64,000 nt of DNA from Bacteroidota bacterium (GTDB taxonomy: Bacteria > Bacteroidota > Bacteroidia > JABEUT01): contig JABDCA010000004.1 of NCBI GenBank assembly GCA_013288345.1, positions 1,351-65,350 on the forward strand, written 5' to 3'. Below, piece by piece: positions 39,271-49,301 of the stretch. Under the pieces are notes generated by a model. It did not search any database and had not been told where the DNA came from. It saw nothing but the letters and a program-made list of their open reading frames with translations. Numbering within the stretch: position 1 is the first letter of the stretch; each line of letters begins with the position of its first letter. Made by a program: the position numbers and the translations under genes.

Positions 39271-40161
39271 ATGAGTGATAACACTAAAAAAAGGGCTTTA
39301 GGAAGAGGCTTAAGCGCACTACTGGAGTCAGATACTACGGACAGCGTACTTGCATCTAAATCAACTTCAACACTTCAGGCAACAGGTGGTAATGCGTTAA
39401 TACTCATTTCGCAAATTGAGGCTAACCCATTTCAGCCCCGCAGCCGCTTTGAAGAAGTACCTTTAAAAGAACTTACTGATTCTATACGCCAGCATGGCGT
39501 AATACAACCTATTACAGTACGCAGGGTAAGCAAAGACAAGTACCAGCTTATATCGGGCGAAAGAAGGTTGAAAGCTTCTACACTGGCAGGCCTGGAAGAA
39601 ATTCCGGCTTACATACGCGTTGCCAATGATCAGTCGATGCTTGAAATGGCATTGATAGAAAATACTCACCGCGAAGATTTAGACGCTATTGAAATAGCAA
39701 TAGGCTACCAACGCCTTATTGAAGAATGTAATTTAACCCAGGAGGACCTTTCGGAAAAAGTAGGCAAAGACCGCACTACCGTAACCAACTATTTGCGCCT
39801 GTTAAGGTTGCCACCTGTAATTCAGTTAGCCATACGCGAAAGAAAGATAACCATGGGCCATGCAAGGGCACTTATCAATATCGATAACCCTGCAGGACAG
39901 CTAAGTGTATTCGATAAGATACTCGATGATGCATTAAGCGTACGTGAAACAGAAAGTGTAGCCAAGGCTGCCAAAACAAGTTTCCCTAAAGCAAAAAATA
40001 AAAGCAAAAGCTTTGAAGATGGCAAGTTGGAAAGGGATTTATCTGTAGCACTCGACACTAAGGTAAAGCTAAGCAGAGTTGGCCCTAATAAAGGCAAGCT
40101 TATCATATCTTTCAACTCAGAAGAAGCACTTAAGGATATCATTAAATTATTTCATGCCTGA
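39271..40161 (+). CDS. parB: ParB/Spo0J partition protein
   Basis: LGRGLSALL, NPFQPR, ISGERR, ALIEN, HTH, MGHARAL. Confidence 0.96.
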   Translation: MSDNTKKRALGRGLSALLESDTTDSVLASKSTSTLQATGGNALILISQIEANPFQPRSRFEEVPLKELTDSIRQHGVIQPITVRRVSKDKYQLISGERRLKASTLAGLEEIPAYIRVANDQSMLEMALIENTHREDLDAIEIAIGYQRLIEECNLTQEDLSEKVGKDRTTVTNYLRLLRLPPVIQLAIRERKITMGHARALINIDNPAGQLSVFDKILDDALSVRETESVAKAAKTSFPKAKNKSKSFEDGKLERDLSVALDTKVKLSRVGPNKGKLIISFNSEEALKDIIKLFHA

Positions 40162-40750
40162 TAAGCTTTTGCAAAAAACTTTGATAGTTTCTTTGTTGTG
40201 CCTGTTTGCAGTATTTAATAATGCAACAGCACAAAAAAAGGATTCAGCAAAACCTGCTAAACCTAAAGATACATTAACATTCCGGCAGAAGTACGCCTAC
40301 CCCAATGCTAAAGTGGCAATGCTCTGTTCGGTTGTAATACCGGGGCTTGGGCAAGCATACAACCATAAGTATTGGAAAATACCTATTGTTTATGCAGGCT
40401 TGGGTACTGCGGCATATTTTATTATCACCAATCAGCAGCAGTATCTTTCATTTAATACTGCTTTAAAACAGCGCACTTCAAATCCTGTTATAAAAGACCA
40501 GTACTTTGGCATATACACAATTGATGATCTTGTAAATAATGAGAACACCTGTGCCCGATACAGGAACATTTCAATTTTTGCCGCTGCGTTTGTTTACCTG
40601 CTGAACATAGTAGATGCCAATGTAGATGGCCAGCTTCGTAAGTTTGATGTGAGCGATGACATCTCTTTACATTTCAGCCCACAGTTAAGCCCTGACCAGT
40701 TTGGCAAGTTTACCATTCAGCCGGGGTTTTCGCTTGTAAAAAGGTTTTAA
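40154..40750 (+). CDS. DUF5683 domain protein
   Basis: SVVIPGLGQAYNHKYWKIPIVY, NIVDANVD; follows parB. Confidence 0.85.
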   Translation: MPDKLLQKTLIVSLLCLFAVFNNATAQKKDSAKPAKPKDTLTFRQKYAYPNAKVAMLCSVVIPGLGQAYNHKYWKIPIVYAGLGTAAYFIITNQQQYLSFNTALKQRTSNPVIKDQYFGIYTIDDLVNNENTCARYRNISIFAAAFVYLLNIVDANVDGQLRKFDVSDDISLHFSPQLSPDQFGKFTIQPGFSLVKRF

Positions 40751-40751
40751 T

Positions 40752-41549
40752 TTATTTAACCGGTTGGCTTGTAACCAACACACTGAATTTCTTGTTGGGT
40801 ATCCGTGCAGCACTTAACTCCATAGTAGTAAGCTTCCTGTTGGTATAGATAGCACACATGGTGTTCGATACATGGTAAATGTTCTTGCGGCATTGCTCAG
40901 GCGCACCATCTAATATAGCGGACATAACCTCAGGCCTTGGCGTAACAGGATCATAACCATAATCGTGCCAGATGACAATAGTATTATCATGAACCAAATG
41001 CTTGAAAACATTAGCCGTATCACTCTTCACCGATTCGTAATGATGGTCGCCATCTATAAATATAACATCGAACTTTTTGTTCAAGCCCGCATAGTTAAAG
41101 GTGAGCGAGTTATCGTATATCTGCACTATCTTTTTATTGTCCTTAGAGAAAAAGCCTACCAAATCGCCTTCTGTGGTGTCAGCTATTTGCTTAGGGTCAA
41201 GGTCCATGGTATAACACTCAGCACATACATCGGCAACATTAACAACGCTTTCTCCACGGCATGTTCCAATCTCAAAATACTTGCAATTGGGGATAGTCTT
41301 GCATAAGCCACGTATCAAACTTAAATCGGTAGGCAATGAACCACCTTCTAAAAAAGCAAACGTATTTAGTTCTTCTTTAAAGTTAGGCAACAATACATTT
41401 ATATCAACAACCGGCAAACTTTTTATATGATGATGCTTTACGACATACTTCTGCCATACGGTATCATCAGCAAGCACATGGTTAAGCAACCAGGGATTCC
41501 TGGCTATTTCGAATATGGCTTTAAAAGTTTTGCGTACCTGCTTCAACAT
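40752..41549 (-). CDS. class I SAM-dependent methyltransferase (Methyltransf_24-like)
   Basis: YFEIGTCRG, DVIFIDGDHHY, IWHDY. Confidence 0.85.
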   Translation of the reverse strand: MLKQVRKTFKAIFEIARNPWLLNHVLADDTVWQKYVVKHHHIKSLPVVDINVLLPNFKEELNTFAFLEGGSLPTDLSLIRGLCKTIPNCKYFEIGTCRGESVVNVADVCAECYTMDLDPKQIADTTEGDLVGFFSKDNKKIVQIYDNSLTFNYAGLNKKFDVIFIDGDHHYESVKSDTANVFKHLVHDNTIVIWHDYGYDPVTPRPEVMSAILDGAPEQCRKNIYHVSNTMCAIYTNRKLTTMELSAARIPNKKFSVLVTSQPVK

Positions 41550-41560
41550 TGCATTAGCGC

Positions 41561-42184
41561 TTATGGTACGTTCATGTATTTATGCGTCTGCAATGAAACC
41601 TGCCAGCGGGGATGCTTTTTAACATACTCCACAATAAGGGGAGTCATCTTCTCTGCTTTACTCCACTCGGGTTGCAACAGCAGTTGGCATTTCTTCGAAA
41701 CCAGTGCAGCGTTCTTCTCTGCCCAGTCAAAATCATCTTTATTATATATGATAACCTTTAGTTCATCAGCCAATTTAAAAGAGCTACTCAACGGAGCCTT
41801 ACGCTTTTTAGGCGACAAGCATACCCAGTCAAAGTCTCCAATAATAGCAGATGAACCGGATGTTTCAATGTGCGTTGAAATGCTATTCTTTTTCAGCAAT
41901 GCAGTAAGCGTTTTTAAGTTGTGCATGGCAGGCTCGCCACCTGTAATAACTGCAATGGATGCACCGGCTTTCTTTACTTCACCAACTAACTTTTTCAGTT
42001 CAATTAAAGGATGTGCGTTTACATCCCAACTTTCCTTCACATCGCACCAATGACAACCCACATCGCATCCACCAAGGCGAATGAAATAGGCAGCGCTGCC
42101 GCTATGTATACCCTCACCCTGTATGGTATAAAAATGCTCCATTACAGGAAGGGAATTAGTCTTTCTATCTTTAACTTTTGCCAT
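41561..42184 (-). CDS. queE: 7-carboxy-7-deazaguanine synthase (radical SAM)
   Basis: FYTIQGEG, CDVGCHWCD, ITGGEP, ETSG, SLQTHK. Confidence 0.94.
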   Translation of the reverse strand: MAKVKDRKTNSLPVMEHFYTIQGEGIHSGSAAYFIRLGGCDVGCHWCDVKESWDVNAHPLIELKKLVGEVKKAGASIAVITGGEPAMHNLKTLTALLKKNSISTHIETSGSSAIIGDFDWVCLSPKKRKAPLSSSFKLADELKVIIYNKDDFDWAEKNAALVSKKCQLLLQPEWSKAEKMTPLIVEYVKKHPRWQVSLQTHKYMNVP

Positions 42185-42202
42185 AGATACTATATTCCAA
42201 AA

Positions 42203-42346
42203 CAGAATATCGAATATCCAACAAGGAATGATGAACTCCGAACTCCTATTAGGCTGCTTATTTCAATGCTGTTCATATATCGCTTTTCAGTTTTAGTATT
42301 TATCAGAACTTCGTTATTGGATATTCCGTGTTCGATATTCATTATT
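42203..42346. repeat. GAATATC-type short repeats in inverted arrangement
   Basis: GAATATCGAATATCCAA...GAATGATGAA vs TTGGATATTCCGTGTTCGATATTC. Confidence 0.6.
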
Positions 42347-42357
42347 TAAAGACGATT

Positions 42358-43515
42358 CTAAAAATTAAAGTCTCCGGTTTCGCCCGATAACTCTCTGCCC
42401 TTTATTATAGCCTCTTTCCACTCTTCCAGCTCTTCATTTACCTCGGTAGAATCTTCAGTCTCGTATGATATGCCAAGCTCTTGTTTTTGCAGATAGTCTT
42501 CGTAAACCAATGGCAATAGCCTCAATATTTGTTTGCTGCGGTAGTCTTCCCAGGCCTCTATAAGTGCATCCCTCCAATCGGAGCTTGCACTAATAGGAAT
42601 AACCTCGCTAAGTTCTTTCAATTCTTTAAAAGCCATTTCAGCAAGCTCATCGGCAAAGTCCATAGGCTTGTGGCTCTTCTCATACGAAAGGAAGTACTTG
42701 AGAATATCCTTATCCTCATAACTACGTACAAACTTCTCAACTATGTTCGGGTTATATACCGAAAGGTATTCATTGCCTTCTTTCTTTGTAGATGCCACAT
42801 CGGCTTTCTCCTCGGGCGCTACTTTATGTATATGGTCATAATATATCTTCAGGTACTTGCTTTCCTTCTCACCACGAAGGTCACTTAGGTTCATCAGCTT
42901 ATCGGTTCCCATGCGGTTGTCGTAGAACTGGTACCACAGCGGAATGATAAGCTCTTCGCCTTCTTTCGCGTTATTGTACTCTTCGGTGAACCTTAAAAAA
43001 TCCTGCCATTCAAATTCATAATCAGCTTCAGCAGGGTCAATCTCTGCATCATCATTCTGAAAGTACTCAACATACAGATCGAACTCCCATTGTGTAATAG
43101 GCGGAACGAAGTTGCACTGCTTAATGTTATACTCCCAGTAATGGAAATCCATAGTGGTCGATATGCCCGGTATCTTTATCTTCTCTGCTCGCCACTGGCA
43201 CTGCAGGTTAAACAGCTTCTTCTGCTGTATCTGCCACAGGCAGCTCTGGGCCATGTTATAAAACCTAAGCTGGTGGTCTTCGTTATGCTCGTAATAGAAC
43301 TTGCCCCAGTTTACCCAGGTTACCTTGCGGCGTGCATAGGCCTTAATAAACTCCTCTATATCATCGGGGTGATAATTGACAAAAAAATCCTTATAGCGTT
43401 CATTGTTGCGAAGCTCGTATTCAATTTCCATACGGGCAACGGCCTCTTTTTCGGCTTCATCAACCTCCTGTCTTAAGTGCTCCGGAAGGTTTTCTTTATT
43501 CTCGTTTTCCATCAC
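42358..43515 (-). CDS. hypothetical highly acidic, aromatic-rich protein
   Basis: 385-aa ORF 4 bp downstream of the DUF6913-like gene; IQQKKLFNLQCQWRAE block. Confidence 0.75.
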   Translation of the reverse strand: MMENENKENLPEHLRQEVDEAEKEAVARMEIEYELRNNERYKDFFVNYHPDDIEEFIKAYARRKVTWVNWGKFYYEHNEDHQLRFYNMAQSCLWQIQQKKLFNLQCQWRAEKIKIPGISTTMDFHYWEYNIKQCNFVPPITQWEFDLYVEYFQNDDAEIDPAEADYEFEWQDFLRFTEEYNNAKEGEELIIPLWYQFYDNRMGTDKLMNLSDLRGEKESKYLKIYYDHIHKVAPEEKADVASTKKEGNEYLSVYNPNIVEKFVRSYEDKDILKYFLSYEKSHKPMDFADELAEMAFKELKELSEVIPISASSDWRDALIEAWEDYRSKQILRLLPLVYEDYLQKQELGISYETEDSTEVNEELEEWKEAIIKGRELSGETGDFNF

Positions 43516-43519
43516 TAAC

Positions 43520-44089
43520 TTATTTAACCGTATTCACACTGGCCTTCTTATTCAGCATCTCCATATATGTGTCAACGTTCTGTAAAAAATACTTTAAGGT
43601 TTTCTGGTCATCAGTTTCAATCATCACATCGTACAGGCTCATGTACTTATCTGAATACCTGCCCACCTTACACTTTGCCTTCGATAAAGCTGCAACAAAT
43701 ACAAGTGGCAATTGGGTCGTAATATTCAGGTCGAGCAATAAGTCATACTCCTCTTTTACAAAGCTACCAATAAAATCAATTGCAGGTTTATAGTACAAGT
43801 TAACATTTTTAAGGGTAAAGCATTGGTGGTCTATCGAGGTGGTTATATTGCCCGGAAGTTCCTTTAATGGCACATAGCCCATCGACCTGACCTTTTTGCC
43901 ATTATCGCGCAAATAGGTAATGTATTTCTTAACCAGTTCAACTTCATTTATGTCGCTGGCATTAAATATCACTCCTACTGTCTTCGCATCTTTCAGGTTC
44001 ATTATAGCACGCGACCTCTTAGCATTTGCGCTTTCTTTACGCAAAAAGTACCCACCTATTCTTATTTTAATATCCTGTATAAACCCCAC
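43520..44089 (-). CDS. DUF6913-like protein
   Basis: KTVGVIF, EYDLLLDL, SKAKCKVG, YDVMI. Confidence 0.75.
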   Translation of the reverse strand: MGFIQDIKIRIGGYFLRKESANAKRSRAIMNLKDAKTVGVIFNASDINEVELVKKYITYLRDNGKKVRSMGYVPLKELPGNITTSIDHQCFTLKNVNLYYKPAIDFIGSFVKEEYDLLLDLNITTQLPLVFVAALSKAKCKVGRYSDKYMSLYDVMIETDDQKTLKYFLQNVDTYMEMLNKKASVNTVK

Positions 44090-44299
44090 GATTCAATAAA
44101 CTTTCATTCAAAGGTAAAATATCCTTTAACATGGGAAACTTTTCACCCCTATATACGCATTCACACTCCTACCTAAATCGTTCAGTCACTATAATTCACC
44201 AGTCTTAAGATACTTCAAAAACAGTAATATGAACATGTGTTACAGTTAATATTCAAGTCATGGCATAGTGCAATACTTGCACAACCAAAATAATGAGTT

Positions 44300-45139
44300 A
44301 TGTTTTTAGAACCCGCGGCTGAAAACTTATCGGAACTGCTGATAGATAAGACAGGAATATACTCGAGGAAAGACCTTGATGATAGTATAATATATGCCAA
44401 GCGGATACAGGATGGCATGATGCTTAAAGAAAAGCACTTGCAGCGCATTTACCCTGAATCGTTTATTTACATGCAACCACGCAATATAGTAAGTGGCGAC
44501 TTTTACTGGTTTACGCGCTTTAACAATAAGACGATAATTGCTGCTGCCGATTGTACCGGACATGGCATACCAGGTGCACTTATGTCGATATTAGGCATTA
44601 ATCTGCTTAACCAGATAATAATTGAAGAGAAGAATACCAACCCATCCTTTATACTACACCGCCTCGATCATAAGGTTAAAAAGGCATTTAGCTATACATC
44701 CGATATATTAGATGAAAATTTTAAGCAGGAACATAATGATGGTATGGACATTGCGCTTTGCTGTATAGACAGCAATACCAATGTAATGCAATTTGCCGGC
44801 GCCTACAGGCCTGTGTATTATGTACGCGATGGCGAATTGAACGAAATGCGTGGAAGTAGACACCCAATTGGTGGCAGTGGCAGCGAACCACTATTTACCA
44901 ACTTTACCCTGCACCTTCAAAAGGAAGATAAAATATACATGAGCAGTGATGGGTTTGCTTCTCAGTTTGGATACCTTGAAGACAAGAAATTCTCTACCCG
45001 GAGAATGAAGGATATGCTGTTGCATATAAGTAACGCTCCTTTTAATACACAGAAAGCCGAATTAGACAAAGTATTTATGGACTGGAAACTGAACCAAGAA
45101 CAAACCGACGATGTGCTCGTAATGGGGTTCGAGGTATAA
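44300..45139 (+). CDS. stand-alone PP2C/SpoIIE-family phosphatase
   Basis: YAKRIQ, VSGDFYW, ADCTGHGIPGA, DGMD, SDG, QTDDVLVMG. Confidence 0.9.
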   Translation: MFLEPAAENLSELLIDKTGIYSRKDLDDSIIYAKRIQDGMMLKEKHLQRIYPESFIYMQPRNIVSGDFYWFTRFNNKTIIAAADCTGHGIPGALMSILGINLLNQIIIEEKNTNPSFILHRLDHKVKKAFSYTSDILDENFKQEHNDGMDIALCCIDSNTNVMQFAGAYRPVYYVRDGELNEMRGSRHPIGGSGSEPLFTNFTLHLQKEDKIYMSSDGFASQFGYLEDKKFSTRRMKDMLLHISNAPFNTQKAELDKVFMDWKLNQEQTDDVLVMGFEV

Positions 45140-45205
45140 GCATTGTCTCAGATACTTAGTCTTTACTGAATATGTAATAAAAGATTATGATTGGCATAAT
45201 AATAG

Positions 45206-45232
45206 CTTCATACGTATGAAGTAACATTGTTA
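45206..45232. promoter_or_regulatory. palindromes upstream of pstS
   Basis: perfect CTTCATACGTATGAAG (45206-21) abutting TAACA-T-TGTTA. Confidence 0.4.
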
Positions 45233-45248
45233 TATAAAACTTATCTTC

Positions 45249-46370
45249 ATGATCAAAAACTATTCTCAAACCAATAACCACTTACTTAGTCCATCTTTCC
45301 TGATCACTATCTTATCTATTGCAAGCTTTGCAATAGGTTTTGTATCGTGCACATTAGATGGTAAGCCGGGTAACGAAAGCCCGGTTAAATCACATTCTGT
45401 TATTACGGGTGCGGGATCTACATTTGCAAACCCTATATACAGCAAAATGCAAAGCGAATATTGTACCAAAACAGGCTTACCTTCTTCTTACCTGGCAATC
45501 GGTTCAAGTGGTGGAATAAAGAAGATTATGAGCAAGACGGTTGATTTTGGAGCATCAGATAGCTATTTGAGTAATGATGACATGTCGTTATTTACTTCTA
45601 ACGTAGTAGAATTCCCTACTTGTCTCGGCGCTGTTGTAATATCGTATAATCTGAAGGGAGACAGCCTTCTTAAACTAACACCTGATATTATAGCCGATAT
45701 TTTTTTAGGGAAAATAACCAAATGGAATGACCCCAGGATTGCAGCAGAAAACAAAGGAGCAATACTCTCGGACCAAAACATAACTGTAGTTCACAGAGCT
45801 GACGGAAGTGGTACCACCTATGTTTTTACAGATTACCTATCGAAAGTAAATGAAGAATGGAGAAATAGAGTTGGTGTTACCAGAATGGCAACATGGCCGG
45901 TAGGTGTTGAAGGTGACGGGAATGAAGGAGTAGCATCAGTTATAAAAGCCATACCAGGCGCTATTGGTTATGTTGAATTAACCTATGCCATGCAAAAGCA
46001 TATTGCTTTCGCTCTCATTAAAAACTCTTCCGGCAAATACATTAAAGCTTCTTTAGAGTCGACAAGCCTTGCCGCCAATGTCGACATACCTGCCGATACC
46101 CGCATTAGTATTACCAATTCTAACGTTGCAGATGCCTACCCCATCTCTAGCTTTACCTGGATAATTATATATAAGGAGCAATCCTACAATAGCAGGACGA
46201 AACTGGATGCAATTGACTTGTTAAAAGAATTATCGTGGATGATTACTGAAGGGCAACAGTACACTAAAGATTTGTACTATGCCCCATTGCCTGGAAAAGC
46301 CTTAGCAGCCGCACAAAATGTGCTTCAATCGGTAACATATGCTGGTACGCCTGTTTTAAAACAAGAATAA
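45249..46370 (+). CDS. pstS: phosphate-binding lipoprotein PstS
   Basis: lipobox FVSC; GAGSTF, GSSGG, DFGASD, HRADGSGTT, YPISSFTW. Confidence 0.93.
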   Translation: MIKNYSQTNNHLLSPSFLITILSIASFAIGFVSCTLDGKPGNESPVKSHSVITGAGSTFANPIYSKMQSEYCTKTGLPSSYLAIGSSGGIKKIMSKTVDFGASDSYLSNDDMSLFTSNVVEFPTCLGAVVISYNLKGDSLLKLTPDIIADIFLGKITKWNDPRIAAENKGAILSDQNITVVHRADGSGTTYVFTDYLSKVNEEWRNRVGVTRMATWPVGVEGDGNEGVASVIKAIPGAIGYVELTYAMQKHIAFALIKNSSGKYIKASLESTSLAANVDIPADTRISITNSNVADAYPISSFTWIIIYKEQSYNSRTKLDAIDLLKELSWMITEGQQYTKDLYYAPLPGKALAAAQNVLQSVTYAGTPVLKQE

Positions 46371-46377
46371 ACCGGAA

Positions 46378-46581
46378 TTAGCTCTTGCTACTATTAACGA
46401 GGTTTAACTTAATATCATTAAGTCTTTTTTGCTCATCAGTAGATAAGTTACCTTCCCATTCAATTAACTGAATACCTCTTTCTACAAAAACCCTGTTCTT
46501 ATCGGTATCTAATGGCAAGCCTGAAAGCTTGTCTAAGAATTCCTGTGTTTTCATTTTAGTTAACTCGCTTGTTTGATTCAT
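46378..46581 (-). CDS. small hypothetical protein
   Basis: 67-aa ORF filling the gap downstream of the response regulator. Confidence 0.5.
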   Translation of the reverse strand: MNQTSELTKMKTQEFLDKLSGLPLDTDKNRVFVERGIQLIEWEGNLSTDEQKRLNDIKLNLVNSSKS

Positions 46582-46608
46582 AGTAATGCTTATAAAACTA
46601 TTATTGGC

Positions 46609-47292
46609 TTAAAACTCAAACTTATAACCTATTCCTTTAAATGTCTTTATTCTGTCATCGCCAAGTTTTTGGCGAAGCTTACGGATGTGTACATCAATAG
46701 TTCTATCTCCTACCACAACATCTTTACCCCAAATTTCATGGAGTATATCTTCCCTCCTAAAAACCTTACCGGGCTTAGATGTAAGCAGCGTTATTATTTC
46801 AAACTCTTTTTTAGGAAGATATATCTGTTCACCTCCAACCGTAATACTATAATTATCATTATTAATACTAATGCCGTTACCCACATTAACAATATTCATT
46901 GCACCAGTATGTGTTGGCCTGCGCCTTAATAAGGCATTTAAGCGGCTTATTAAAACCCTTGGGTTTAAAGGCTTTGAAAGGTAGTCATCAGCACCTGCTT
47001 CAAATCCTGCAATTTGAGAGTAATCTTCTGTACGAGCAGTTAAAAAAACAATGAGAGTGTTTTTTGTTTCAGGCAGTTCCCTCATTCTTCTACATGCCTC
47101 AATGCCATCCATACCTGGCATCATTATATCTAACACAATAAGGTTCGGCAACACTTCTATCGCCTTTTTTATTGCACTCTTTCCATCTAAAGCGGTAAAA
47201 ACCTCTGAACCTTCCTTCCTCAGATTATAGGATAAAAAATCAAGTACATCCGGTTCATCATCCACTAATAGTATTCTCGCGTTCTTCATCAT
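46609..47292 (-). CDS. OmpR/PhoB-family response regulator
   Basis: LVDDE, LDIMMP, FLTA, GADDYLSKP, RTIDVHIRKLR, GIGYKF. Confidence 0.94.
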   Translation of the reverse strand: MMKNARILLVDDEPDVLDFLSYNLRKEGSEVFTALDGKSAIKKAIEVLPNLIVLDIMMPGMDGIEACRRMRELPETKNTLIVFLTARTEDYSQIAGFEAGADDYLSKPLNPRVLISRLNALLRRRPTHTGAMNIVNVGNGISINNDNYSITVGGEQIYLPKKEFEIITLLTSKPGKVFRREDILHEIWGKDVVVGDRTIDVHIRKLRQKLGDDRIKTFKGIGYKFEF

Positions 47293-47349
47293 GCAGGGGT
47301 CACTTTGTAGTTACGCAATTTACTCAAAGCAATTTTATTTTTTGGGGGC

Positions 47350-47392
47350 TTAACAAATACTTAACGTATATTTATGAGTAAATTAACAAATA
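47350..47392 (-). promoter_or_regulatory. 11-bp periodic direct repeats (PhoB/OmpR-type box)
   Basis: TTAAC at 47350, 47361, (TTATG 47372), 47383. Confidence 0.6.
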
Positions 47393-47499
47393 GCGGTATA
47401 GAATCGTAAACTCCCAGAAATGGGCTACAATAAAGCCGTATAAGTTGATGCTCAAAGGAAAAAGGTATCATATTTCAATACTTTATATTTTTGCACTGA

Positions 47500-48597
47500 A
47501 TGGACAACGAATTGAAATATAAAATTGGCATTACACTTATTCCGGGTGTAGGGCACGTTATAGCCAAAACACTCATATCTTACTGTGGCAGTGTCGAAGC
47601 TGTATTTAAAGAAAAAGCGAAAACACTGCTCAAAATACCTGACATTGGCCCGCTTACATCAGAATCGATAATAAACCAGAGCGTACTTGATCGGGCAGAA
47701 AAAGAGATTGAGTTCATCGAGAAGAATGATGTCACTCCCTTATTCTATTTAGATAAGGCTTACCCACTTCGCTTAAAACAATGTTCCGATGGGCCTGTGA
47801 TGCTCTACTATAAGGGAAATGCCGACCTGAATACAAACAGAATAATAGCGATTGTTGGAACTAGAGCAGCAACTATTTATGGCAAAAAACTTACGGAAGA
47901 CCTGGTAAATGGACTACAACCTTCGGGGGCATTAATTGTTAGCGGCTTAGCATACGGTATAGATGTATGCAGCCATAAAGCTGCAGTTGATGCAGGTCTG
48001 CCAACTCTGGGTGTTGTAGCACATGGCATAGATAAACTTTATCCGCCCGACCATTATAACTTGTCACGTAAAATGTTGGAGAATGGTGGCATAATTACAG
48101 AATTCCTTAGTGGCGCAGAACCAGATCGTGAGAACTTTCCTAAACGCAACCGTATTATTGCCGGCCTTGCCGATGCAGTGGTAGTAGTAGAATCAAAAAT
48201 ATCGGGCGGAGCCATGATAACTGCTGATATAGCTTTTTCATATAGTCGCGAGGTAATGGCATTCCCTGGAAAAGTGGATGATACTGCTTCACAAGGATGT
48301 AATAGACTAATACAACAAAACAAGGCATATCTTATACGTAATGCAGCCGATGTAACTGAATACCTTGGCTGGAAAGATGATAAGAAACAGGCCAAACAGC
48401 AAAAGGAATTATTATTTGACCTCAGTCCAGAGGAGGAATCAATAGTTAATACGATAAAAGGTAACGATGGCCCTATGTATATAGATGATATAGCCATTTC
48501 ATCAAAACTGGCTCCGGGCCTTCTTTCTTCGCACCTTTTAACCCTCGAATTTGCAGGCGTGCTTAAATCGCTTCCCGGTAAAATGTATAGTCTCTAA
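47500..48597 (+). CDS. dprA: DNA processing protein DprA
   Basis: YPLRL, AIVGTR, VSGLAYGID, FPKRNRIIAGL, GGAMITA, GCNRLI. Confidence 0.96.
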   Translation: MDNELKYKIGITLIPGVGHVIAKTLISYCGSVEAVFKEKAKTLLKIPDIGPLTSESIINQSVLDRAEKEIEFIEKNDVTPLFYLDKAYPLRLKQCSDGPVMLYYKGNADLNTNRIIAIVGTRAATIYGKKLTEDLVNGLQPSGALIVSGLAYGIDVCSHKAAVDAGLPTLGVVAHGIDKLYPPDHYNLSRKMLENGGIITEFLSGAEPDRENFPKRNRIIAGLADAVVVVESKISGGAMITADIAFSYSREVMAFPGKVDDTASQGCNRLIQQNKAYLIRNAADVTEYLGWKDDKKQAKQQKELLFDLSPEEESIVNTIKGNDGPMYIDDIAISSKLAPGLLSSHLLTLEFAGVLKSLPGKMYSL

Positions 48598-48655
48598 CTC
48601 TCAGAAAGACAGCGATTATTTTTACTATCTTCGCACCTCGTTTGCAAAAACATAC

Positions 48656-49234
48656 ATGAAACTCCAGAATATAAAACAGCTACATATTGTCCTTTTACTT
48701 GCAATCACCACATTCTGTATTGCTTTCTTTTCCTGCAAAAGCAACAACAACAAAATCACTCCCACCCAAATAAGCCTTGTACAATTATTGGTAGGTGATG
48801 GCACTAATCAGTTCAGGCATGTATCATTAGCCATGGATACTAAATCGGTTATAAATACCGAGAAAAAGATACCCGACGAAAAGGATACTAATTATGTGTT
48901 CTATTCTTTACCAATGGATACACTTTACCCTGATTCGGTTAACGAAGGAGTAGATACACTTAACTACTTTACCGTTGCTTATAATTTCGATACCCAAAAG
49001 TTAAACGAGATAGATGAAGATGTTTACTTAGCTACCGACTCTTCTGCAGCAGCATTAAAACTGAGACTGGTTGACTATTTCACTTCGAAATATGGTGATG
49101 GAACAACAGATGGTGATAATATTTTATGGAAAATAAAGAAAATCAATGGTAAAACAGCCAAAGTATCATTAAGCGACGAAAGTGAGGAATACGACTACGG
49201 AAAACTATCGTTAGTATATTATATCGAAGATTAG
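48656..49234 (+). CDS. hypothetical lipoprotein
   Basis: signal peptide with FFSC lipobox; acidic mature part. Confidence 0.7.
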   Translation: MKLQNIKQLHIVLLLAITTFCIAFFSCKSNNNKITPTQISLVQLLVGDGTNQFRHVSLAMDTKSVINTEKKIPDEKDTNYVFYSLPMDTLYPDSVNEGVDTLNYFTVAYNFDTQKLNEIDEDVYLATDSSAAALKLRLVDYFTSKYGDGTTDGDNILWKIKKINGKTAKVSLSDESEEYDYGKLSLVYYIED

Positions 49235-49301
49235 TATCGTTTTAGCATTGAGGGTTCACCAAAATTCCGTACCTTTATGTTTTATAAAACTGTGAATCCT
49301 T

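Noticed and set aside
39936-39951. parS site within parB (ACGTGAAACA)
   Set aside because: Only one half matches TGTTTCACGTGAAACA; not palindromic
41427-42053. 208-aa ORF antisense to queE
   Set aside because: Shadow of a well-conserved gene with no recognisable motifs; the other short antisense ORFs in the track were rejected likewise
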